Under the pieces are notes generated by a model. It was given only the letters and a program-made list of their open reading frames with translations, searched no databases and had not been told where the DNA came from. A DNA stretch of 64,000 bases from Felis catus (lineage: Eukaryota): NCBI RefSeq assembly GCF_018350175.1, contig NC_058368.1, forward strand, positions 211,174,001 to 211,238,000, read 5' to 3'. The position numbers were made by a program, and so were the translations under genes. Shown here in pieces: positions 13,057 to 25,770 of the stretch; the first letter of the stretch is position 1; every line of letters starts with the position of its first letter.

Positions 13057-16000
13057 TTTTTTTAATTTTTATTTTAATTCCAGTTAGTTAACATACCGTG
13101 TTATGTTAGTTTCAAGTGTGTTATTCAACACTTCCATACATCACCCTGCGCTCATCACAAGTGCACTCCTTAATCCCCAGGACCTGTTTCACCCATCTCC
13201 CCATCCACCTCCCCTCTGGTAACTATCTGTTTGTTCTCTATAGTTAAGAATCTGTTTCTTGGTTTGTCTTTCTCTCTCTTTTTTTTCCCTTTGCTTGTTT
13301 GTTTTGTTTCTTAGATTCCACATATGAGTGAAATCATGTGGTATTTATCTTTCTCTGATTGACTTGTTTCACTTAGGATAATACTGTCTAGTTCCATCCA
13401 TATCGTTGCAAATGGCAATATTTCATTTTTTTATGGGACACTTGGGCTGTTTCCATGGTTTGGCTACTGTAAATAACACTTCTATAAACATTGGGGTGCA
13501 TGTATCCTTTTGAATTAGTATCTTTGTATTCTTTGGGTAAATACCTAATAGTGCCATTGTGGATTGCAGGGTAGTTCTATTTTTAACTTTATGAGGAACC
13601 CTCATACTATTTTCCCCAGTGGCTGCATCAGTTTGCATTCCCACCAACAGTACAGGAGGGTTCTTCTCATTCCACATCCTTGTCAATACCCGTTGTGTCT
13701 ACCCGTTGTGTCTTATGTTATTGATTTTAGCCATTCAGACAGTACGAGTTGATATCTCATTGTAGTTTTGATTTGTACTGTCCTGATGATGAGTTATGTT
13801 GAGCATCTTTTCATGTATCTGTTGACCATCTGTATGTCTTCTTTGGAAAAATGTCTATTCATGTCTTCTGCCCAGTGTTAATTATATTATTCATTTTTGG
13901 TGTTGAGGGTTTTTTTTAATATTTATTTATTTTTGAGACACAGCACGAGCAGGGGAGGGGCAGAGAGAGAGGGAAACAGAGAATTTGAAACAGGCTCTGA
14001 ACTCTCAGCACAAAGCCTGACATGGGGCTTGAACCCACGACCAGTGAGATCATGACCTGAGCCAAAGTCAGACACTCAACCAACTGAGCCACCCAGGCGC
14101 CCCTGGTGTTTAGTTTTATAAGTTCTTTATATATTTTGGATACTAACCATTTGTCAGATATATCATTTGCAAATATCTTCTCCCAATCCACAGGTTACCT
14201 TTTAGCTTTGTTGTTTGTTTCCTTTGCTGTGTGGAAGCTTTTCATTTTGAGGAAGTCCCAATAGTTTATTTTTGCTTTTGCTTCCATTGCCTCAGGAGAC
14301 ATATCTAGAAAGAAGTTGTTGCGGCCAATGTCAAAGAGGTTACTGCCTATGTTCTCCTCTAGGATTTTTATGGTTTCAGGTCTCACATTTAGGTCTTTAA
14401 TCCATTTTGAATTTATTTTTTTGTTTGGTATAAGAAGGTGGTCCAGTGTCATTCTTTTGCATAGTGCTGTCCAGTTTTCCCAATACCATTTGTTGAAGAG
14501 ATTGTCTTTTTCCCATTGGATAGCCTTTACTGCTTTGTCAAAGAATAATTGACCATATAGTTGTGGGTTCATTTCTGGGTTTTCTATTCTGTTCTATTGA
14601 TCTACATGTCTATTTTCATGTTGGTATCGTACTGTTTTGACCACTATAACTTTATAATGTAACTTGAAGTCCAGAATTGTGATGCCTCAAGCTTTGCTTT
14701 TCTTTTTCAAAATTACTTTGGCTACCTAGGGTCTTTCATGGTTCCATACAAATTTTAGGATTGTTTGTTCTAGGTCTGTGAAAAATGCTGTTGGTATTTT
14801 CATAGGGATTTCATTAAAGGTTTAGATTGTTTGGGGTAGTGTAGACATTTTAGCAATATTTGTTCTCCCAATCCATGAGCACGGAATATATTTCCATTCC
14901 TTGGAACCATCTTCAATATCTTTCATCAGCTTTTTACAGTGTCAAGAGTACAGGTCTTCCACCTCTTTGGTTAGGTTTATTCCTAGGTATCTTACTCTTT
15001 GTGGTGCAATTGTAAATGGGATTGATTCCTTAATTTCTCTTTCTGATGCTTCATTATTGGTTTATAGAAATGCAACAGATTTCTGTACATTGATTTTGTA
15101 TCCTGCGACTTTACTGAATTCATGTATCAGTTCTAGTAGTTTTTTTTTTTTTTTTTGTGGAGTCTTTTGGGTTTTCTATATATAGTATTGTGCCATCTGC
15201 AAACAGTGAAAGTTTTACTTCTTCCTTGCCTATTTGGATACCTTTGTTTCTTTTTGCTGTCTGACTGTTGTGGCTGGGACTCCCAGTGCTATGTTAAATA
15301 ACAGTGGTGAGAGTAGACATCTCTGTCTTGTTCCTGACCGTAAAGGAAAGCTCTCAGTTTTTCCCCCATTAACGATGATATTAGCTGTGGGTTTTTCATA
15401 TATGTCCTTTATTATGTTGAGGTATGTTCCCTCTAAACGTACTTTGTTGAGGGTTTGCATCATGAGTGGATTTTGTACTTTGTCAAATGCTTTTCCTGCA
15501 TTTTTTGAAATAATCATATGGTTCTTATCCTTTCTTCTATTAATGTGGTATATTGCATTGACTGATTTGAGAATTTTGAACCACTCTTGCAACCCATGTA
15601 TAAATCTCAGTTTATTGTGGTGAATATTCTTTTAATGTATTGTTGAACTAGGTTTGCCAGGATTTTGTTGAGAATTTTTGCATCCATATTCATCAGGGAT
15701 ACTGGCGTGTAGTTCTCTTTTTTAGTGGAGTCTTTATCTGATTTTGGTATCAGAGTAATGCTGGCCTGATAGAATGAATTTGAAAGTTTTCCTTCCTTTT
15801 CTATTTTTTGGAATACATTGAGAAGAATAGGTATCAACCCTTCTTTAAATGTTTAGTAGAACATGCCTCTGAAGTCATTTAGCTGTGGACTTCTGTTTTG
15901 ATTACTGATTCCATTTCTTTTCTGATTATCAGTCTGTTCAAGTTTTCTATTTCTTCTTGTTTCAGTTTTGATTTCCTGGTTAACTCATTCATTGTTTAGT

Positions 16001-16519
16001 AGCATGTTGTTTAACTTCCATGTATTTGTGGTCTTTCCAAATTTCTTCTTGTGGTTGACTTCTACTTTCACAGCACTGCTGTCAGAAAAGGCCCATGGTA
16101 TAATTTCACTCTTTTTGTATTTGTTGAGACCTGTTTTGTGACCTATATGTGATCTATTCTGGAGAATGTTCTGTGTGCACTTAAAAGAATATGTGTTCTG
16201 CTGTTTAAGGATGGAATGTTCTGAATATGTTAAGTCCATCTGGTCTAGTTTGTCATTCAAAGCCATTGTTTCCTTGTTTATTTTCTATTTAGATGATCTC
16301 TCCATTGATGTAAGTGGGATGCTAAAGTCCCCTACTATTTTTGTGTTATTATCAATTAGTTCCTTTATGTTGGTTATTAATTGTTTTATATATTTGGGTG
16401 CTCTCATGTTGAGTGCACAAATATTTACCATTATTATATCTTCTTGTTGGATTGTCCCCTTTATGATTATATAATGCCCTTCTTTGTCTCTTTTTATGGT
16501 CTTTGTTTTAAAGTCTAGT
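13057..16519 (-). mobile_element. Carnivore L1, 5'-truncated, degenerate ORF2 (endonuclease to C-terminus) plus 3' UTR
   Basis: Minus-strand ORF2 peptides [50 protein letters not shown]; poly-T at 13057. Confidence 0.96.
13910..14103 (-). mobile_element. CAN-SINE inserted in L1
   Basis: Ends ctgagccacccaggcgcccc; TSD tggtgtt(g/t)ag. Confidence 0.95.
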
Positions 16520-16700
16520 AGTATAGTTGACAAACAATGTAACATTACTTTCAGGTATACAACATAGTGATTCAATATCTCTATAGGTTATGCTGTGTTC
16601 ACCACAAGCATAGCCACCATCTATCCCCATACATTACTATTGCAATATCATTGACTATATTCCTTATGCTGTGCTTTTGACTCCCATGTCTGTTTTTTTT
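16520..16700 (-). mobile_element. Older L1 (L1MA9/L1_Carn-like) 3' end fragment
   Basis: agtatagttgacaaacaatgtaacattactttcaggtatacaacatagtgattca is a typical antisense L1 3' terminus. Confidence 0.7.
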
Positions 16701-17493
16701 TCTTTTTAGGAGTTAAAATATGTTTCTCCATCTTTTTTCAGGGAAGTCAGTAGTGCTTTGAATGACTTCTGTGTTCTGATTCTTCTCAATTCTTGTTTAA
16801 GTTTGCCTCTCTGATTTGAAATTTATCCTTTATTACTGGCCCTGACTTTTACAAAAGGATTTTCCTCCAACTAACCCTGAATAATCATACAATCACAGCT
16901 TTTAGCTTTCATGAGTCCCATTACCATTTAGCCTCAGTTAATCACTGTCTCCCAAGACATAGATTCTGATTGTCAGCATCTACTTTGAGTGAAAAATGGT
17001 TGAAATATTTTCTCCATTTCATTTCAACACAAGAAAGAACTCTGCTTTTTAAAATTGGGCTTTAATAATTGCTGAAATCAGAATGATAACAGACCTCCAT
17101 GAACCTGAGAAAGCATTTCATACTTCCAGAAATGAGTAAAGAAGTGAAGCAATGGTGTTACTCAGGCACAGTTGGAGGAAGTGCCACTAGAGCAAGGAGT
17201 AAATGTCAGAGAAAGTGAGTGATGCAGGAACTGGCAGCAGAAAAGTGGGTCTTCTGGGAGCAGGAACATTTGTAAACCTTTCCCAGTTATGGCTGTGCTT
17301 TCTAGCTAGGTTAATATAAGGAATTGTGAAACAAAACTATATGAAGAATCAGTGATGTATAGTGAAACAAACGGGACTGACTTTTAATAGCTTGACAGAT
17401 GGGGTACTGTTGGAAGGAGGGACTGCATCACTATCTTACTCTTCTCTCCAACATCATTCTCCCTCTGAGTCCCCAGAAGTTTAGAGATAGGAG

Positions 17494-17496
<3 letters not shown>

Positions 17497-17535
<39 letters not shown>

Positions 17536-17549
17536 TGGTGGTGGTGGTG
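17497..17549. repeat. Compound (TG)n(TGG)n microsatellite
   Basis: Seen directly. Confidence 0.95.
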
Positions 17550-18109
17550 ATTGGAGGTTCTTTCCTATTCCCAGGCCATTAGATAGCTCCACTTCCCTCT
17601 TCTTTTTTTCTTCTCCAACTCCTTTCCAAAAGAGTAAAAGAAGCCTTGCCTTAGACAGGTTTAGAGAGACTAAATAAGTCCATGACCTAGATGTGCAAAC
17701 AAAGCTGACTTGATTACCTGGTTAATTAAACAGTTGCTGTGTCAGAAGCACCACTCTCAGAGAAGCTCTGGGGTTGCCTTTCATCACTTTAAGCTTATAT
17801 ATTCTGAGGTGTCCATCCTTCCCAGCAAAGAGGAGAATTAAATGTCCACATTCCTAAACCACTAACAACATGTGCAGTGCCCCACCCTGAACATGTGTGC
17901 CTGCCTTCATATTCTCAGGATGAGTTGCAATGATGGCACAGACATGGGGAAGACGTTGAGGTGTTCCCCAACCTTGAATCAGGAAATAAGCTTGCCAACC
18001 ATATACTGAATAAAGTGGTGCTTAAGAAAGGCCTCTATTAAAGTGTTTCTTCTTGGGAATGTAAGGGCCTTTATGGGAGAATTTAATCTTTGATGTAATA
18101 AAACAATGT

Positions 18110-18909
18110 ACAGATAGAAAGAAATAACAAAGATTAGAGTATAAATAAATGAAATAGAAAATATAAAAACAATATAAAAAATTTAATGAAACTAAGAATT
18201 GGTTTTTGCAAAAGATAAACAAACTTGACAAACCCATACATAGACTCATTAAGAAATAAAGATTCAAATAAATAAAATAAGGAGACATTACAAGTGATAC
18301 CATAGAAATACAAAGGATCATAAGAGACTACTATGAACAATTATATACCAAACTACTGGATAATATAGAAGAAATTGATAAATTCCTAAAACAATACAAT
18401 CTACCAAGACTGTATTATGAAGAAATATAAAGACTAAATATACATATAACTAGCATGGACATTGAATCAGTAATCAAAAACTACCAAACAAAGAAAAGTC
18501 CCAGACCAGATGGCTTCATTGGTGAATTCTACCAAACATTTAAAGAATTAATTCTAATTCTCACATTCCTCTAAAACATTAAAGAGAAGAGAACACTCGC
18601 ACACTCATGTTATAAGGCCAGCATTACCCTGATACCAAAGCCACCTAAAGGCACTACAAGAAAACAACACTTCAGGCCAATATCCCTGATGAGTGCAGAT
18701 GTAAAAATCTTCAACAAAATACTAGCAAACTGGGGCACCTGGGTGGCTCAGTTGGTTAAGTGTCTGACTTCGGCTCAGGTGATGATCTCGTGGTTTGTGA
18801 GTTTGAGTCCCATGTCAGCTCTGCACTGACACCTCGGAGCCTGGAGCCTGCTTCAGATTCCGTGTCTCCCTCTCTGTCTGCCCCTTCCCTGCTTGTGTTC
18901 TCTCTCTCT

Positions 18910-18954
<45 letters not shown>

Positions 18955-20462
18955 ACAAACATTAAAAAAAATCCTAGCAAACTAAATCCAATAACACATT
19001 AAAAGGGTCATACACCATGATGAAGTGGGATTTATCACTGGAATGCAAAGATGGCTCAATAAATGCAAATCAGCTAATGTGATATATCACATTAACAGAA
19101 TAAAGGATAAAAATCACATGATTATCTCAATACATGCAGAAAAAGCATTTGACAAAATTCAGCATCCTCTCATATTAAAAACTCTGAACAAACTAAGAAG
19201 GAAATACCTCAACATAATAAAAGCTATATATGAAAAACCCATAGCTAACATCATATTCAATGATAAAGAAAAAAAAAAGCTTTAATACTCGGAAAAAGGC
19301 AAGGATGCCTACTCTCACCACTTCTATCCAACATAGTACTAGAAGTCCTAGGCAGAACAGTTAGGCAAGGAGAAGTAGTAAAAGGCATCCAAATTGGAAA
19401 GAAAAAAGTAAAAATGCCCCTGTTTGCGAATGACATGATCTTACACATATAGGAAACCCTAAAGACTCAAAAAAAAAAAAAAATACTGTTAGAACTAATA
19501 AATGAATTCAGTACAATTGCAAGGTACAAAATAAACATACAAAAATCAGTTGCATTTCTATATAGAAACAGCAAACTATCTGAAAAGGAAGTTAGGAAAA
19601 TAATGTCATTTACAATAGCACCAAAAAGAATAAAATACTTAGGGATAAACTTAACCAAGGAGGTGAAAGACTTGTATACTGAAAACTACAAAACATGGAT
19701 GAAAGAAATCAAAGAACTCACAAAAAAGTGGAAATACATTCCATTTTCATGGAAGAGAAGATTTAATATTGTTAAATTTTCATACTGCCAAAGGCAATCT
19801 ACAAATTCAATGCAATCCCTGTTAAAACTCCAGTAACATTTTTCAGAGAAATAGGAAAAAAGTTCTAAATTTCCTATGGAACCACAAAAGACCATGAATA
19901 GTGAAATCAATATTGATAAAGAATTCTGAACAAAACTGAAGGCCTCACACTTCCTGATTTCAAAATATATTACAAAGCTTACAGTAATCAAAGCTGGTAT
20001 GATACTGGCATAAAGAGACATATTGACCATATAACTGAATAGAGAAACCAGAAATAAATCCAAGTATACAGAGTCAACCAATCTTCAAAAAGGCTGCTAA
20101 GAATATACAATGGGAAAAAGAGTTCCTTCAACAAATGGCCCTGGGACAACTGGATATCCACATATGAAAGAACGAAATTGGACCCATATCTTACAACAAA
20201 CACAAAATTCAACTCAAAATGGTTTATGCTTAAATGTAAGACCTGAAACTATAAAACTAGAAGAACACAAATGAAAAGCTTCATGACATGGGTCTTGTCA
20301 GTGATTCCACAGATGTGACACCAAAAGCACGGGTAACAAAATCAAAATAAACAAGTGATACTACATCAAATTAAACACTTCTGCACAGCAAAAGAAACAA
20401 TAAGCATAATGAAAGAGCAAAAGAGCAACTTATGGAATGGGAGAAAATATTTGTAAACCATA
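18110..20462 (+). mobile_element. Older L1 ORF2 internal fragment, no 3' UTR
   Basis: Peptides [27 protein letters not shown] and [15 protein letters not shown]; many disablements. Confidence 0.93.
18732..18971 (+). mobile_element. CAN-SINE inserted in L1, with (TAAA)n tail
   Basis: ggggcacctgggtggctcag head; TSD aaaat(a/c)ctagcaaact. Confidence 0.95.
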
Positions 20463-20464
20463 TA

Positions 20465-20535
20465 CAGTAAAACTTTGGATTGCAAGTAACTTGTTCTGCA
20501 AGTGTTCTGCAAGATGAGCAAGCATTTCTAATACA
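20465..20535. mobile_element. TcMar/Tigger-like DNA transposon terminal fragment
   Basis: L1 homology stops at a TA followed by cagtaaaactttggattgcaagtaacttgttctgc; TA+CAG start typical of Tigger-type ends (family from memory). Confidence 0.5.
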
Positions 20536-21915
20536 TTTATTTATTCATTTTTATTTAAATCCAAGTTAGTTAACACATGGTGTAATAATGATTTCAGGAA
20601 TAGAATTTAGTGATTCACCACTTACTTATAACACCCAGTGTTCATCCCAACAAGTGTCCTCCTTAATGCCCCTTGCCCATTTGGCCCATTCCTCCACCCA
20701 AAACCCCTCCAGCAACCCTTAGTTTGTTCTCTATATTTAAGAGTATCTTATGGTTTGTCTCCTTCTCTGTTTTTATCTTATTTTCCCTTCCCTTCCCCTA
20801 TGTTCATCTATTTTGTTTCTTAAATTCCATGAGTGAAGTCATATGAAATTTGTCTTTGACTGACTTATTTAGCTTAGCATAGTACACTCTTGTTCCATCC
20901 ACATTGTAGCAAATGGCAAGATTTCATTCTTTTTGATCACTGAGTAATATTCCATTGTATATATGTACCACATCTTCTTTATCCATTCATTAGTCAATGG
21001 ACATTTGGGCTCTTTCTATAATTTATCTATTGTTCATGGTGCTGCTATAAACATTAGGATGTATGTGCCCCTTTGAATCAGCTTTTTTGTATCCTTTGGA
21101 TAAATACCTACTAGTGCAATTACCAAGTTATAGGGTAGCTCTATTTTTAATTTTTTGAGGAACCTCCATACTGTTTTCCAGAGTGGTTGCACCAGTTTGC
21201 ATTCCCACCAGCAGTGGAAAAATGTTCCTCTTTCTCTGCATCCTCACCAATATCTGTCATTTCTTGAGTTGTTAATGTTATCCATTCTGACAAGCATGAG
21301 GTGGTCTCTCATTATGTTTTGATTTGTATTTCCCTGATGGTGAGAGATATTGAGCATCTTTTCATGTGTCTGTTAGCCATCTGGATGTCTTCTTTGAAAA
21401 ACTTTCTGTTCATGTCTTTTGCCTACTTCTTCACTGGATTACTTGTTTTTTGGGTGTTGAGTTTGGTAAGTTCTTTATAGATTTTGGATATTAATCCTGT
21501 ATCGGACATGTCATTTACAAATGTCTTCTCCCATTCCTTCAGTCGCCTTTTAGTTTTGTTGATTGTTTCTTTCGCAGTGCAGAAGCTTTTTATCTTGATG
21601 AGGTCCCAATAGTTTATTTTTGCTTTTGTTTCTCTTGCCTCCAGAGACATATCTAGTAAGAAGTTGCTGCGGTTGAGGTCAAGGACATTGTTTGCCTGTT
21701 TTCTCCTCTAGGATTTTGATGGCTTCCTGTCTTATGTTTATGTCGTTCATCCATTTGGAGTATAATTTTGTGTATGGTGTAAGCGAGTGGTCCAGTTTCA
21801 TTCTTCTGCATGTTACTGTCCAGTCTTTCCAACACCATTTGCTGAGGAGACTTGTCTTTTTTCCATTGGATATTCTTTCCTGCTTTGTGGAAGATAGTTG
21901 GCCATACATTGTGGG
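20536..21915 (-). mobile_element. Carnivore/felid L1, 5'-truncated (about 1.4 kb)
   Basis: Antisense 3' UTR plus ORF2 peptides [30 protein letters not shown]. Confidence 0.95.
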
Positions 21916-21954
21916 ACTCACAGTGGTTTTACATAGTATTAAGCTTTTGTTTAT

Positions 21955-22250
21955 TATTTCATTCAGTCAGCAAACATTTGTTTCGAACCTGCCAGGAGGC
22001 AAGTACTCAGCAATATTTTGGAGAGGGGTTAACTAAGACCCCTGTCTTCAAGATGCTAATAATAGGCAAGGCAAACACATTTTCTCTGAGTTGAAATAGT
22101 GCAAAAATAATGGTGTGTACAAAGTAGAACAGACACATAAAGGAAATGATAGAAATGCTCAGAGTTCAAAAAGCCTTCTAATACAGGGTGTACACAAAAA
22201 GACTCTTACAGGGTGCATTTGGCAAAAATGGGAAACCTCCAGAGATTCAC
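21955..22250 (-). mobile_element. L2 remnant
   Basis: ttcattcagtcagcaaacatttg...gccagg...agacccctgtcttcaag. Confidence 0.5.
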
Positions 22251-23183
22251 CTACCCGAAAGTTCTAAGAACTTTGTCAAGTGGAGACTTGTTCCCTTAAC
22301 CAGTAAGGAAGGCAGTAATTTACTGTGCTGTTCACATAATTTAGGTGTTGTCCACTCTTCCTGCCATGATTCCATCAAATGGAGGAGCAGATGCTAAAGA
22401 ACAACATTTCTCTTCTTTTCTTTACTTTGTTTTTTTCTTTCAAAAATCACTCACAGGGCAACTGAATGCTCAAGCAATAGGTGTTAGAAAAAAAGAGGTA
22501 GTATCTCTGTGCAGTCAGAAAGAGTCTGTGCTCTGTTAACAGCATAACGTTTATGAAATCAATTTCCAGTACCTGCTGGATCAGGCTGATGTGCGAACTA
22601 GCTTTCCACGGCCCATCTTAATCATTCCTGGGTGATTTGCCAGGGCGGATATTTTATCATGAATACAAAGAGGATGAGAACTATTCTCCTAATATATTCA
22701 TTACTTGCCACACCATGCTAGTAAATAATATGCATATGATAATTTGAGAGACATAGTGTTCCCATTGCTCTTTTTTTTTATTCTTGGAACTCTGTCTTTC
22801 ATAAGTGCTACAAAAATCAAAGGCAAAATTACCTCAAAATTTGATTTTACATTCCTCCTACTCACCCTTGCTGGTTCTCACACAACACACATAGTACATT
22901 TTTCATGTGGCCAGTGGTTTTAGACAGAACAGCCCCTTCAATTCATACTCTTACTGTAGAATGTTCTGGAATAGCTCCATGAAAACTCATTCATTTGTTG
23001 GCTTACAAATATATAGTAAGCACCTACTCTGTGCCTGGTATTATGCTAAATCTATGCTATGTTTACTAGAGTGGTGAGCAAGATGGAAACATCTGATTCG
23101 TGGGCAGTTGTTTTTTGGGGTTTTTTTCAAACTCTTCCAAAATCTGAGGCATCATATAAAGACAAAAGAGAACATGATATGAA

Positions 23184-23386
23184 TTTTTTTAAAGCTTATT
23201 GAAAGAGACAAAGACAGTGTGATTCAGGGAGGGGCAGAGAGAGAGGGAGTGAGAGACAATCTCAAGCAGCTCTGTGCTGTGAGCACAGAGCCCGATGTGG
23301 AGTTCAAACTCACAAAACCATGAGATCATGACTTGAGTGGAAACCAAGAGTCAGATGCTTAACTTACTGAGCCTCCTAGGCACCCT
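23184..23386 (-). mobile_element. CAN-SINE
   Basis: ggggcagagagagagggag...gagatcatgac...actgagcctcctaggcaccc. Confidence 0.92.
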
Positions 23387-23855
23387 GACATGGATATTTT
23401 AAATAGATATGGATTAATAATGAATGAGAGAACCCCAAAGCTCTTCAGGACACATTTCAGTGGACAGCCATGAGTAAACTGATAAGCTGGGAAAAGAGCA
23501 TGATTGAGCCCATGGATTTGGGGAATAAAACCCCACTTATAGATTTGATTGTTTGAAAAGAGATGCATAGGTCAGTTTTCTTAGAAATAAGTGAAAATAT
23601 AAGTGTGTTTTACTGAGAGTAGAGTTTAATTCATGTGTATTTAAACCATCAGTATGTTTTAGTCTTTGTGAACTTTGCTCAACCTCAGTCTTTTCATCTT
23701 CCTTAGGATATTGAACAAAATTATTTTTGTGGTACCTTACACCTCTAAAATTCTACCTTTTTAAATCCTGTCTTTTTCATAATGCTTTCCTAATCTCCAT
23801 GGCTCCATGTGGAATTTCCCAATTTTGAACCTTAATATGGTAATCTGTTAGAATT

Positions 23856-24345
23856 GTATTACACTGTGTGCCATTGCAAACCTAACTGACAGGAGCTGAA
23901 GCAAATTAGGAGGTTTTTTTGTTTTGTTTCACTTTGCTTTTTTTCTCAGACATTAGAGTCCAGAGGTAGGTATTTCATGGTTGGTGAAGTAGCCAAACAG
24001 TGGCATCAGAACCCAGGTACCTTTAGTCTTTCTTTGTAAGCATTCATGATCCAAAGTCGGCTGTTCAATACACAGCTTCAAGTCTGAGCTCAGACAAGAA
24101 GGGATACCAAGAAGCGCAAAACTCAAGGGCTGGGTGAATCATCTTCCTTTCAAAGAGTTTGTCTAGAAGTTCTTACTGGCATTTGCTTAAATCTCTTTGG
24201 TCAAAATGTATCACATGGCCATCCTTAGGTGTAGGGGAAGCTGGGGAATGCTCTTGTCTTTGGTCAGGTGCACTGATGCGCTAAAACAAAACAAGGGTTG
24301 TACTGGTAGGAAAGGAGGGGGAAAGGGATATTGGATAGGCAGCTT
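23856..24345 (-). mobile_element. Old MLT1-type LTR remnant
   Basis: tgtatta start, gagtccagaggtagg, tcacatggccatccttagg, ggatattggataggca. Confidence 0.5.
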
Positions 24346-24364
24346 GAATCAGTTGCTGAAGGCT

Positions 24365-24478
24365 ATTCAGATATAATATTCAAAATATTGTTAAACAGGT
24401 CTGGTATAACCACTGACCAATCAGAACAGATTCTGGCCAGCATGCCATAGCAGTACATGATAGCTAAATAGCAACCCT
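24365..24478. mobile_element. Short ancient hAT-type MITE remnant
   Basis: atattcaaaatatt...accactgaccaatcagaacaga...gctaaatagcaaccct resembles a Tip100-type MITE (from memory only). Confidence 0.3.
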
Positions 24479-25280
24479 CCTATTTTTCTTCTTGGAGTTA
24501 CAGTCATTGCACAGTTGGCTTCCCCTCCTTCCCCATGTAATAAAGCCTAAGTCCATCCCTAACAGGACTATACTTTGCATATATTTTTTATATTCCCCAG
24601 GAAAGCAACATTTACCTAGGTAAGCATTCACTTTTGTTGAAAGGAGTTGAATTATTCATATTATAATCCAAAAGTGAGACGACCAGGCAAAGAAATGTTC
24701 AAGTTATTACCATTACATTTCCCCAGGAATGGATGACCCCCAAGAATGGTGACTACATAATCCTAAATGCCAATTTAGTACAATTGACCATAAACTGGCA
24801 GATTGATATGGGCTTTAAAGGTTATTCAAATCTCTTACGACTATTCAAAAGTATTATTATAGACTTAAAAAAGAAAAAAAGAAAAAGCAGTTCTGCCCAA
24901 AGTGAAAAGCTACAGGCATAATAGAGGTTTAGAAGACCTTTCTCCTCATTCATTAGGTTGAATAGAATTAAAAAGGAGTCACCTCCACCGTGTTAAAGAT
25001 CAAAGAGAGTCTGTCTTTTAATGAGTTACAACTGGTTCTTTCAGCCTCTAATAAACCTAATAGTGTATTATTTCTATTTTGCTCAAATCTTGAGTAACCA
25101 TAATGCTCAGAGTTGGGGATGGAGAATTTTGCTTCATTTCATTTTCTTATAAACTTGACATTAACTCAAAAATGCACGTCTCAATTCGTATTCTTTAAAA
25201 AAAGTTCTATTTGTAATGTTCATGGTTTTATTTTCACCAATTACATTTTTTCAAGGGCTTTTATTTTCTCTACTCATTTT

Positions 25281-25770
25281 CATTTTATTTTTTGAGTATT
25301 AATATCATCCATTTTTATTTTTAAATCAGTTTAAATTTGCTTTGTTAATTAGAGATAATACCGTTTTTCAAAATTAAATTACCATAAAGAGACATTAGAG
25401 TGAAAAAATCATATGAAATTGCACATTATATTTAGACAACAACATTCTACTATGTCTCATATTTTTATTTTTTATTTAAAATTTTCTTAATGTTTATTTA
25501 TTTTTTTAATATAATTTATTGTCAGATTGGCTAAAGTGGGTAAAATGTGCTCTTGGTTTTGGGGGTAAATTCCCGTGGTTTATCACTTACATACAACACC
25601 CAGTGCTCATCCCAACAAGTGCCCTCCTCAATGCCCATCACCCATTTTCTCCCTTCCCCCACCTCACCCATCAACCCTCAGTTTGTTCTCTGTATTTAAG
25701 GGTCTCTTATGGTTTGCCTCCCTCCCTCTCTGTTTGTAACTATTTTTTCCCCTTCCCTTCCCCCATGGTC
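25281..25770 (-). mobile_element. 5'-truncated L1 3' end (about 25500-25770) plus 3'-transduced flank (about 25295-25500)
   Basis: L1 3' UTR similar to 60250-60515; 15-bp TSD ttctctactcatttt at 25266-25280 and 25771-25785. Confidence 0.85.

Noticed and set aside
21920..21938. ggttttac as the right terminal repeat of the Tigger-like element
   Set aside because: Only a short partial match, and the outer L1 does not resume after it
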